Source: Eledone cirrhosa (Eukaryota). Taken from it: 64,000 nt of DNA. Where the stretch lies: positions 367,660,001 through 367,724,000 of the forward strand of contig OZ024742.1 of assembly GCA_964016885.1 (NCBI GenBank). The letters run 5' to 3'. Under the pieces are notes generated by a model, which worked only from the letters and a program-made list of their open reading frames with translations, was not told where the DNA came from and did no database searches. Positions 41,177 to 54,200 of the stretch are shown one piece after another (within the stretch, counting starts at the first letter, position 1; the number at the start of each line of letters is the position of its first letter). Position numbers and translations under genes: made by a program.

Positions 41177-42149
41177 GCACTATTGGTCGAATGTTCGATT
41201 GGAAAACCAGCTGGTTTTATCTGGTCCTGTATCATTTGGTGATCACTCATGGTAGAATGTTCGATTGGGAAACCAGCTGGTTTTATCTGGTCCTGTATCA
41301 TTTGGTGATCACTCATGGTCGAATGTTCGATTGGGAAACCAGCTGGTTTTATCTGGTCCTGTATCATTTGGTGATCACTCAAGGTCGAATGTTCGATTGG
41401 GAAACCAGCTGGTTTTATCTGGTCCTGTATCATTTGGTGATCACTCATGGTCGAATGTTCGATTGGAAACCAGCTGGTTTTATCTGGTCCTGTATCATTT
41501 GGTGATCAAGAATGGACGAATGTTCGATTGGGAAACCAACTGGTTTTATCTGGTCCTGTATCATTTGGTGATCACTCATGGTCGAATGTTCGATTGGGAA
41601 ACCAGCTGGTTCTATCTGGTCCTGTATCATTTGGTGATCACTCATGGTCGAATTTTCGAATGGGAAACCAGCTGGTTTTATCTGGTCCAGTATCATTTGG
41701 TGATCACTCATGGTCGAATGTTTGATTGGGAAATCAGCTGGTTTTATCTGGTCCTGTGTCATTTGGTGATCACTAATGGTCGAATGTTCGATTGGGAAAC
41801 CAGCTCGTTTTATCTGGTCCTGTGTCATTTGGTGATCACTAATGGTCGAATGTTCGATTGGGAAACCAGCTGGTTTTATCTGGTCCTGTGTCATTTGGTG
41901 ATCACTAATGGTCGAATGTTCGATTGGAAAACCAGCTGGTTTTATCTGGTCCTGTATCATTTGGTGATCACTCATGGACGAATGTTCGATTGGGAAACCA
42001 GCTGGTTTTATCTGGTCCTGTATCATTTGGTAATCACTCATGGTCGAATGTTCGATGGGGAAACCAGCTGGTTTTATCTGGTACTGTATCATTTGGTGAT
42101 CACTCATGGTCTAATGTTCGATTGGGAAACCAGCTGGTTTTATCTGGTC

Positions 42150-45100
42150 CTGTATCATTTGGTGATCAGTATTGGTCGAATGTTCGATTGGGAAACCAGC
42201 TGGTTTATCTGGTCCTGAGTTATTTGGTGATCACTCATGGTCGAATGTTCGATTGGGAAACCAGCTGGTTTTATCTGGGCCTGTGTCATTTGGTGATCAC
42301 TAATGGTCGAATGTTCGATTGGGAAACAAGCTGGTTTTATCTGGTCCTGTATCATTTGGTGATCACTCATGGTCGAATGTTCGATTGGGAAACCAGCTGG
42401 TTCTATCTGGTCCTGTATCATTTGGTGATCACTAATGGTCGAATGTTCGATTGGGAAACCAGCTGGTTTTATCTGGTCCTGTATCATTTGGTGATCACTC
42501 ATGGTCGAATGTTCGATTGGGAAACCAGCTGGTTTTATCTGGTCCTGTATCATTTGGTGATCACTATTGGTCGAATGTTCGATTGGGAAACAAGCTGGTT
42601 TTATCTGGTCCTGTATCATTTGGTGATCACTCATGGTCGAATGTTCGGTTGGAAAACCAGCTGGTTTTATCTGGTCCTGTATCATTTGGTGATCACTCAT
42701 GGTCGAATGTTCGATTGGGAAACCAGCTGGTTTTATCTAGTCCTGTATCATTTGGTGATCACACATGGTCGAATGTTCGATTGGGAAATCAGCTGGTTTT
42801 ATCTGGTCCTGTATCATTTGTTGATCACTCAGGGTCGAATGTTCGATTGGAAAACCAGCTGGTTTTATCTGGTCCTGTATCATTTGGTGATCACTCATGG
42901 TCGAATGTTCGATTGGGAAACCAGCTGGTTTTATCTGGTCCTGTATCATTTGGTGATCACTCATGGTCGAATGTTCGATTGGGAAACCAGCTGGTTTTAT
43001 CTGGTCCTGTATCATTTGGTGATCACTCATGGTCGAATGTTCGATTGCGAAACCAGCTGGTTTTATCTGGTCCTGTATCATTTGGTGATCACTCATGGTC
43101 GAATGTTCGATTGGGAAACCAGCTGGTTTTATCTGGTCCTGTATCATTTGGTGATCACTCATGGTCGAATGTTCGATTGGGAAACCAGCTGGTTTTATCT
43201 GGTCCTGTGTCATTTGGTGATCACTAATGGTGGAATGTTCGATTGGGAAACCAGCTCGTTTTATCTGGTCCTGTGTCATTTGGTGATCACTAATGGTCGA
43301 ATGTTCGATTGGGAAAGCAGCTGGTTTTATCTGGTCCTGTGTCATTTGGTGATCACTAATGGTTGAATGTTCGATTGGGAAACTAGCTGGTTTTATCTGG
43401 TCCTGTATCATTTGGTGATCACTCATGGTCGAATGTTCGATTGGGAAACCAGCTGGTTTTATCTGGTCCTGTATCATTTGTTGAGCACTATTGGTCGAAT
43501 GTTCGATTGGAAAACCAGCTGGTTTTATCTGGTCCTGTATCATTTGGTGATCACTCATGGTCGAATGTTCGATTGGGAAACCAGCTGCTTTTATCTGGTC
43601 CTGTATCATTTGGTGATCACTCATGGTCGAATGTTCGATTGGGAAACCAGCTGTTTTTATCTGGTCCTGTATCATTTGGTGATCACTCAAGTTCGAATGT
43701 TCGATTGGGAAACCAGCTGGTTTTATCTGGTCCTGTATCATTTGGTGATCACTCATGGTCGAATGTTCGATTGGCAAACCAGCTGGTTTTATCTGGTCCT
43801 GTATCATTTGGTGATCAAGAATGGACGAATGTTCGATTGGGAAACCAGCTAGTTTTATCTGCTCCTGTATCATTTGGTGATCACTCATGGTCGAATGTTC
43901 GATTGGGAAACCAGCTGGTTCTATCTGGTCCTGTATCATTTGGTGATCACTCATGGTCGAATGTTCGAATGGGAAACCAGCTGGTTTTATCTGGTCCAGT
44001 ATCATTTGGTGATCACTCATGGTCGAATGTTCGATTGGGAAACTAGCTGGTTTTATCGTTTTCTGTATCATTTGGTGATCACTAATGGTCGAATGTTCGA
44101 TTGGGAAACCAGCTGGTTTTATCTGGTCCTGTATCATTTGGTGATCACTCATGGTCGAATATTCGATTGGAAAACCAACTGGTTTTATCTGGTCCTGTAT
44201 CATTTGGTGATCACTCATGGTCGAATGTTCGATTGGAAAACCAGCTGGTTTTATCTGGTCCTGTATCATTTGGTGATCAGTATTGGTCGAATGTTCGATT
44301 GGGAAACCAGCTGGTTTATCTGGTCCTGAGTTATTTGGTGATCACTCATGGTCGAATGTTCGATTGGGAAACCAGCTGGTTTTATCTGGGCCTGTGTCAT
44401 TTGGTGATCACTAATGGTCGAATGTTCGATTGGGAAACAAGCTGGTTTTATCTGGTCCTGTATCATTTGGTGATCACTCATGGTCGAATGTTCGATTGGG
44501 AAACCAGCTGGTTCTATCTGGTCCTGTATCATTTGGTGATCACTAATGGTCGAATGTTCGATTGGGAAACCAGCTGGTTTTATCTGGTCCTGTATCATTT
44601 GGTGATCACTCATGGTCGAATGTTCGATTGGGAAACCAGCTGGTTTTATCTGGTCCTGTATCATTTGGTGATCACTATTGGTCGAATGTTCGATTGGGAA
44701 ACAAGCTGGTTTTATCTGGTCCTGTATCATTTGGTGATCACTCATGGTCGAATGTTCGGTTGGAAAACCAGCTGGTTTTATCTGGTCCTGTATCATTTGG
44801 TGATCACTCATGGTCGAATGTTCGATTGGGAAACCAGCTGGTTTTATCTAGTCCTGTATCGTTTGGTGATCACACATGGTCGAATGTTCGATTGGGAAAT
44901 CAGCTGGTTTTATCTGGTCCTGTATCATTTGGTGATCACTCAGGGTCGAATGTTCGATTGGAAAACCAGCTGGTTTTATCTGGTCCTGTATCATTTGGTG
45001 ATCACTCATGGTCGAATGTTCGATTGGGAAACCAGCTGGTTTTATCTGGTCCTGTATCATTTGGTGATCACTCATGGTCGAATGTTCGATTGCGAAACCA

Positions 45101-48100
45101 GCTGGTTTTATCTGGTCCTGTATCATTTGGTGATCACTCATGGTCGAATGTTCGATTGGGAAACCAGCTGGTTTTATCTGGTCCTGTATCATTTGGTGAT
45201 CACTCATGGTCGAATGTTCGATTGGGAAACCAGCTGGTTTTATCTGGTCCTGTGTCATTTGGTGATCACTAATGGTTGAATGTTCGATTGGGAAACTAGC
45301 TGGTTTTATCTGGTCCTGTATCATTTGGTGATCACTCATGGTCGAATGTTCGATTGGGAAACCAGCTGGTTTTATCTGGTCCTGTATCATTTTGTGATCA
45401 CTAATGGTCGAATGTTTGATTGGGAAACTAGCTGGTTTTATCTGGTCCTGTATCATTTGGTGATACCTCATGGTCGAATATTCGATTGGAAAACCAGCTG
45501 GTTTTATCTGGTCCTGTATCATTTGGTGATCACTCATGGACGAATGTTCGATTGGGAAACCAGCTGGTTTTATCTGGTCCTGTATCATTTGGTGATCACT
45601 CATGGTCGAATGTTCGATGGGGAAACCAGCTGGTTTTATCTGGTACTGTATCATTTGGTGATCACTCATGGTCGAATGTTCGATTGGGAAATCAGCTGGT
45701 TTTATCTGGTCCTGTATCATTTGGTGATCACTCATGGTCGAATGTTCGATTGGGAAACCAGCTGGTTTTATCTGTTCCTGTATCATTTGGTGATCACTCA
45801 TGGTCGAATGTTCGATTGGGAAACCAGCTGGTTATATCTGGTCCTGTATCAATTGGTGATCACTCATGGTCGAATGTTCGATTGGAAAACCAGCTATTTT
45901 ATCTGGTCCTGTATCATTTGGTGATCACTCATGGTCGAATGTTTGATTGGGAAACCAGCTGCTTTTATCTGGTCCTGTATCATTTGGTGATCACTCATGG
46001 TCGAATGTTCGATTGGGAAACCAGCTGGTTTTATCTGGTCCTGTATCATTTGGTGATCACTCATGGTCGAATGTTCGATTGGGAAACCAGCTGGTTTTAT
46101 CTGGTCCTGTATCATTTGGTGATCACTCATGGTCGAATGTTCGATTGGAAAACCAACTGGTTTTATCTGGTCCTGTATCATTTGGTGATCACTCATGGTC
46201 GAATGTTCGATTGGAAAACCAGCTGGTTTTATCTGGTCCTGTATCATTTGGTGATCAGTATTGGTCGAATGTTCGATTGGGAAACCAGCTGGTTTATCTG
46301 GTCCTGAGTTATTTGGTGATCACTCATGGTCGAATGTTCGATTGGGAAACCAGCTGGTTTTATCTGGGCCTGTGTCATTTGGTGATCACTAATGGTCGAA
46401 TGTTCGATTGGGAAACAAGCTGGTTTTATCTGGTCCTGTATCATTTGGTGATCACTCATGGTCGAATGTTCGATTGGGAAACCAGCTGGTTCTATCTGGT
46501 CCTGTATCATTTGGTGATCACTAATGGTCGAATGTTCGATTGGGAAACCAGCTGGTTTTATCTGGTCCTGTATCATTTGGTGATCACTCATGGTCGAATG
46601 TTCGATTGGGAAACCAGCTGGTTTTATCTGGTCCTGTATCATTTGGTGATCACTATTGGTCGAATGTTCGATTGGGAAACAAGCTGGTTTTATCTGGTCC
46701 TGTATCATTTGGTGATCACTCATGGTCGAATGTTCGGTTGGAAAACCAGCTGGTTTTATCTGGTCCTGTATCATTTGGTGATCACTCATGGTCGAATGTT
46801 CGATTGGGAAACCAGCTGGTTTTATCTAGTCCTGTATCATTTGGTGATCACACATGGTCGAATGTTCGATTGGGAAATCAGCTGGTTTTATCTGGTCCTG
46901 TATCATTTGGTGATCACTCAGGGTCGAATGTTCGATTGGAAAACCAGCTGGTTTTATCTGGTCCTGTATCATTTGGTGATCACTCATGGTCGAATGTTCG
47001 ATTGGGAAACCAGCTGGTTTTATCTGGTCCTGTATCATTTGGTGATCACTCATGGTCGAATGTTCGATTGGGAAACCAGCTGGTTTTATCTGGTCCTGTA
47101 TCATTTGGTGATCACTCATGGTCGAATGTTCGATTGCGAAACCAGCTGGTTTTATCTGGTCCTGTATCATTTGGTGATCACTCATGGTCGAATGTTCGAT
47201 TGGGAAACCAGCTGGTTTTATCTGGTCCTGTATCATTTGGTGATCACTCATGGTCGAATGTTCGATTGGGAAACCAGCTGGTTTTATCTGGTCCTGTGTC
47301 ATTTGGTGATCACTAATGGTGGAATGTTCGATTGGGAAACCAGCTCGTTTTATCTGGTCCTGTGTCATTTGGTGATCACTAATGGTCGAATGTTCGATTG
47401 GGAAAGCAGCTGGTTTTATCTGGTCCTGTGTCATTTGGTGATCACTAATGGTTGAATGTTCGATTGGGAAACTAGCTGGTTTTATCTGGTCCTGTATCAT
47501 TTGGTGATCACTCATGGTCGAATGTTCGATTGGGAAACCAGCTGGTTTTATCTGGTCCTGTATCATTTTGTGATCACTAATGGTCGAATGTTTGATTGGG
47601 AAACTAGCTGGTTTTATCTGGTCCTGTATCATTTGGTGATACCTCATGGTCGAATATTCGATTGGAAAACCAGCTGGTTTTATCTGGTCCTGTATCATTT
47701 GGTGATCACTCATGGACGAATGTTCGATTGGGAAACCAGCTGGTTTTATCTGGTCCTGTATCATTTGGTGATCACTCATGGTCGAATGTTCGATGGGGAA
47801 ACCAGCTGGTTTTATCTGGTACTGTATCATTTGGTGATCACTCATGGTCGAATGTTCGATTGGGAAATCAGCTGGTTTTATCTGGTCCTGTATCATTTGG
47901 TGATCACTCATGGTCGAATGTTCGATTGGGAAACCAGCTGGTTTTATCTGTTCCTGTATCATTTGGTGATCACTCATGGTCGAATGTTCGATTGGGAAAC
48001 CAGCTGGTTATATCTGGTCCTGTATCAATTGGTGATCACTCATGGTCGAATGTTCGATTGGAAAACCAGCTATTTTATCTGGTCCTGTATCATTTGGTGA

Positions 48101-48250
48101 TCACTCATGGTCGAATGTTTGATTGGGAAACCAGCTGCTTTTATCTGGTCCTGTATCATTTGGTGATCACTCATGGTCGAATGTTCGATTGGGAAACCAG
48201 CTGGTTTTATCTGGTCCTGTATCATTTGGTGATCACTCATGGTCGAATGT
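42150..48250. repeat. Irregular ~30-33-monomer higher-order repeat carrying the del-T allele (TGGTTTATCT)
   Basis: The del-T monomer sits at ~42201, ~44312 and ~46291 (ORF offsets 2111 and 1978). ORFs 45280/47456 and 45486/47662 are offset by 2176 = 33x66-2. The TCTAGTCC-CACACAT-CAGGGT variant string is shared. Confidence 0.8.
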
Positions 48251-51200
48251 TCGATTGGGAAACCAGCTGGTTTTATCTGGTCCTGTATATTTTGGTGATC
48301 ATATTGGTCGAATGTTCGATTGGGAAACCAGCTGGTTTTATATGGTCCTGTATCATTTGGTGATCACTCATGGTCGAATGTTCGATTGGAAAACCAGCTG
48401 GTTTTATCTGGTCCTGTATCATTTGGTGATCACTCATGGTTGAATGTTCGATTGGGAAACCAGCTGGTTTTATCTGGTCCTTTATCATTTGGTGATCACA
48501 CATGGTCGAATGTTCGATTGGGAAAACAGCCTGTTTTATCTGGTCCTGTATCATTTAGTGATCACTCATGGCCGAATGTTCGATTGGGAAACCAGCTGGT
48601 TTTATCTGGTCCTGTATCATTTGGTGATCACTCATGGTGGAATGTTCGATTGGAAAACCAGCTGGTTTTATCTGGTCCTGTGTCATTTGGTGATCACTAA
48701 TGGTCGAATGTTCGATTGGAAAACCAGCTGGTTTCATCTGTTCCTGTGTCATCTGGTGATCACTAATTGTCGAATGTTCGATTGGAAAACCAGCTGGTTT
48801 GATCTGGTCCTGTGTCATTTGGTGATCACTCATGGTCGAATGTTCTATTGGAAAACCAGCTGGTTTTATCTGGTCCTGTATCATTTGGTGATCACTCATG
48901 GTCGAATGTTCGATTGGGAAACCAGCTGGTTTAATCTGGTCCTGTATCATTTGGTGATCACTCATGGTCGAATGTTCGATTGGGAAACCAGCTGGTTCTA
49001 TCTGGTCCTGTATCATTTGTTGATCCCTCATGGTCGAATGTTCGATTGGGAAACCAGCTGGTTTTATCTGGTCCAGTATCAATTGGTGATCACTCATGGT
49101 CGAATGTTCGATTGGGAAACCAGCTGGTTTTATCTGGTCCTTTATCATTTGGTGATCACTCATGGTCGAATGTTCGATTGGGAAAACAGCCTGTTTTATC
49201 TGGTCCTGTATCATTTGGTGATCACTCATGGCTGAATGTTCGATTGGGAAACCAGCTGGTTTTATCTGGTCGTGTATCATTTGGTGATCACTCATGGTGG
49301 AATGTTCGATTGGAAAACCAGCTGGTTTTATCTGGTCCTGTATCATTTGGTGATCACTAATGGTCGAATGTTCGATTGGAAAACCAGCTGGTTTTATCTG
49401 TTCCTCTGTCATTTGGTGATCACTAATTGTCGAATGTTCGATTGGAAAATCAGCTGGTTTTATCTGGTCCTGTTTCATTTGGTGATCACTAATAGTCGAA
49501 TGTTCGATTGGAAAATCAGCTGGTTTTATCTGGTCCTGTGTCATTTGGTGATCACTAATGGTCGAATGTTCGATTGGAAAACCAGCTGGTTGTATCTGGT
49601 CCTGTATCATTTGGTGATCACTCATGGTCGAATGTTCGATTGGGAAACCAGCTGGTTCTATCTGGTCCTGTATCATTTGGTGATCACTAATGGTCGAATG
49701 TTCGATTGGGAAACCAGCTGGTTTTATCTGGTCCTGTATCATTTGGTGATCACTCATGGTCGAATGTTCGATTGGGAAACCAGCTGGTTTTATCTGGTCC
49801 TGTATCATTTGGTGATCACTATTGGTCGAATGTTCGATTGGGAAACAAGCTGGTTTTATCTGGTCCTGTATCATTTGGTGATCACTCATGGTCGAATGTT
49901 CGGTTGGAAAACCAGCTGGTTTTATCTGGTCCTGTATCATTTGGTGATCACTCATGGTCGAATGTTCGATTGGGAAACCAGCTGGTTTTATCTGGTCCTG
50001 TATCATTTGGTGATCACTCATGGTCGAATGTTCGATTGGGAAACCAGCTGGTTTTATCTGGTCCTGTATCATTTGGTGATCACTCATGGTCGAATGTTCG
50101 ATTGGAAAACCAGCTGGTTTTATCTGGTCCTGTATCATTTGGTGATCACTCATGGTCGAATGTTCGATTGGGAAACCAGCTGGTTTTATCTGGTCCTGTA
50201 TCATTTGGTGATCACTCATGGTCGAATGTTCGATTGGGAAACCAGCTGGTTTTATCTGGTCCTGTATCATTTGGTGATCACTCATGGTCGAATGTTCGAT
50301 TGCGAAACCAGCTGGTTTTATCTGGTCCTGTATCATTTGGTGATCACTCATGGTCGAATGTTCGATTGGGAAACCAGCTGGTTTTATCTGGTCCTGTATC
50401 ATTTGGTGATCACTCATGGTCGAATGTTCGATTGGGAAACCAGCTGGTTTTATCTGGTCCTGTGTCATTTGGTGATCACTACTGGTCGAATGTTCGATTG
50501 GGAAACCAGCTGGTTTTATCTGGTCCTGTGTCATTTGGTGAGCACTAATGGTCGAATGTTCGATTGGGAAACCAGCTCGTTTTATCTGGTCCTGTGTCAT
50601 TTGGTGATTACTAATGGTCGAATGTTCGATTGGGAAAGCAGCTGGTTTTATCTGGTCCTGTGTCATTTGGTGATCACTAATGGTCGAATGTTCTATTGGG
50701 AAACTAGCTGGTTTTATCTGGTCCTGTATCATTTGGTGATCACTCATGGTCGAATGTTCGATTGGGAAACCAGCTGGTTTTATCTGGTCCTGTATCATTT
50801 TGTGATCACTAATGGTCGAATGTTTGATTGGGAAACTAGCTGGTTTTATCTGGTCCTGTATCATTTGGTGATACCTCATGGTCGAATGTTCGATTGGAAA
50901 ACCAGCTGGTTTTATCTGGTCCTGTATCATTTGGTGATCACTCATGGATGAATGTTCGATTGGGAAACCAGCTGGTTTTATCTGGTCCTGTATCATTTGG
51001 TGATCACTCATGGTCGAATGTTCGATGGGGAAACCAGCTGGTTTTATCTGGTACTGTATCATTTGGTGATCACTCATGGTCGAATGTTCGATTGGGAAAC
51101 CAGCTGGTTTTATCTGGTCCTGTATCATTTGGTGATCACTCATGGTCGAATGTTCGATTGGGAAACCAGCTGGTTCTATCTGGTCCTGTATCATTTGGTG

Positions 51201-54200
51201 ATCACTCATGGTCGAATGTTCGATTGGGAAACCAGCTGGTTATATCTGGTCCTGTATCAATTGGTGATCACTCATGGTCGAATGTTCGATTGGAAAACCA
51301 GCTATTTTATCTGGTCCTGTATCATTTGGTGATCACTCATGGTCGAATGTTCGATTGGGAAACCAGCTGCTTTTATCTGGTCCTGTATCATTTGGTGATC
51401 ACTCATGGTCGAATGTTCGATTGGGAAACCAGCTGGTTTTATCTGGTCCTATATCTTTTGGTGATCATATTGGTCGAATGTTCGATTGGAAAACCAGCTG
51501 GTTTTATCTGGTCCTGTATCATTTGGTGATCACTCATGGTCGAATGTTCGATTGGGAAACCAGCTGGTTTTATCTGGTCCTTTATCATTTGGTGATCACA
51601 CATGGTCGAATGTTCGATTGGGAAAACAGCCTGTTTTATCTGGTCCTGTATCATTTGGTGATCACTCATGGCCGAATGTTCGATTGGGAAACCAGCTGGT
51701 TTTATCTGGTCCTGTACCATTTGGTGATCACTCATGGTCGAATGTTCGATTGGGAAAACAGCCTGTTTTATCTGGTCCTGTAACATTTGGTGATCACTCA
51801 TGGCCGAATGTTCGATTGGGAAACCAGCTGGTTTTATCTGGTCCTGTATCATTTGGTGATCACTCATGGTGGAATGTTCGATTGGAAAACCAGCTGGTTT
51901 TATCTGGTCCTGTATCATTTGGTGATCACTAATGGTCGAATGTTCGATTGGAAAACCAGCTGGTTTTATCTGTTCCTGTGTCATTTGGTGATCACTAATT
52001 GTCGAATGTTCGATTGGAAAATCAGCTGGTTTTATCTGGTCCTGTGTCATTTGGTGATCACTAATAGTCGAATGTTCGATTGGAAAATCAGCTGGTTTTA
52101 TCTGGTCCTGTGTCATTTGGTGATCACTAATGGTCGAATGTTCGATTGGAAAACCAGCTGGTTGTATCTGGTCCTGTATCATTTGGTGATCACTCATGGT
52201 CGAATGTTCGATTGGGAAACCAGCTGGTTTTATCTGGTCCAGTATCATTTGGTGATCACTCATGGACGAATGTTCGATTGGGAAACCAGCTGGTTTTATC
52301 TGGTCCTGTATCATTTGGTGATCACTCATGGTCGAATGTTCGATTGGGAAACCAGCTGGTTGTATCTGGTCCTGTATCATTTGGTGATCACTCATGGTCG
52401 AATGTTCGATTGGGAAACCAGCTGGTTCTATCTGGTCCTGTATCATTTGGTGATCACTCATGGTCGAATGTTCGATTTGGAAACCAGCTGGTTTTATCTG
52501 GTCCTGTATCAATTGGTGATCACTCATGGTCGAATGTTCGATTGGAAAACCAGCTAGTTTTATCTGGTCCTGTATCATTTGGTGATCACTCATGGTCGAA
52601 TGTTCGATTGGGAAACCAGCTGCTTTTATCTGGTCCTGTATCATTTGGTGATCACTCATGGTCGAATGTTCGATTGGGAAACCAGCTGGTTTTATCTGGT
52701 CCTGTAACATTTGGTGATCACTCATGGTCGAATGTTCGATTGGGAAACCAGCTGGTTTTATCTGGTCCTGTATCATTTGGTGATCATATTGGTCGAATGT
52801 TCGATTGGGAAACCAGCTGGTTTTATCTGGTCCTGTATCATTTGGTGATCACTCGTGGTCGAATGTTCGATTGGAAAACCAGCTGGTTTTATCTGGTCCT
52901 GTATCATTTGGTGATCACTCATGGTCGAATGTTCGATTGGAAAACCAGCTGGTTTGACCTGGTCCTGTGTCATTTGGTGATCACTAATTGTCGAATCTTC
53001 GATTGGAAAACCAGCTGGTTTGATCTGGTCCTGTGTCATTTGGTGATCACTAATGGTTGAATGTTCGATTGGGAAACAAGCTGGTTTTATCTGGTCCTGT
53101 ATCATTTGGTGATCACTCATGGTCGAATGTTCGATTGGGAAACCAGCTGGTTTTATCTAGTCCTGTATCATTTGGTGATCACACATGGTCGAATGTTCGA
53201 TTGGGAAATCAGCTGGTTTTATCTGGTCCTGTATCATTTGGTGATCACTCAGGGTCGAATGTTCGATTGGAAAACCAGCTGGTTTTATCTGGTCCTGTAT
53301 CATTTGGTGATCACTCATGGTCGAATGTTCGATTGGGAAACCAGCTGGTTTTATCTGGTCCTGTATCATTTGGTGATCACTCATGGTCGAATGTTCGATT
53401 GGGAAACCAGCTGGTTTTATCTGGTCCTGTATCATTTGGTGATCACTCATGGTCGAATTTTCGAATGGGAAACCAGCTGGTTTTATCTGGTCCAGTATCA
53501 TTTGGTGATCACTCATGGTCGAATGTTTGATTGGGAAATCAGCTGGTTTTATCTGGTCCTGTGTCATTTGGTGATCACTAATGGTCGAATGTTCGATTGG
53601 GAAACCAGCTCGTTTTATCTGGTCCTGTGTCATTTGGTGATCACTAATGGTCGAATGTTCGATTGGGAAACCAGCTGGTTTTATCTGGTCCTGTGTCATT
53701 TGGTGATCACTAATGGTCGAATGTTCGATTGGGAAACTAGCTGGTTTTATCTGGTCCTGTATCATTTGGTGATCACTCATGGTCGAATGTTCGATTGGGA
53801 AACCAGCTGGTTTTATCTGGTCCTGTATCATTTTGTGATCACTAATGGTCGAATGTTTGATTGGGAAACTAGCTGGTTTTATCTGGTCCTGTATCATTTG
53901 GTGATCCCTCATGGTCGAATGTTCGATTGGAAAACCAGCTGGTTTTATCTGGTCCTGTATCATTTGGTGATCACTCATGGACGAATGTTCGATTGGGAAA
54001 CCAGCTGGTTTTATCTGGTCCTGTATCATTTGGTAATCACTCATGGTCGAATGTTCGATGGGGAAACCAGCTGGTTTTATCTGGTACTGTATCATTTGGT
54101 GATCACTCATGGTCTAATGTTCGATTGGGAAACCAGCTGGTTTTATCTGGTCCTGTATCATTTGGTGATCACTCATGGTCGAATGTTCGATTGGGAAACC

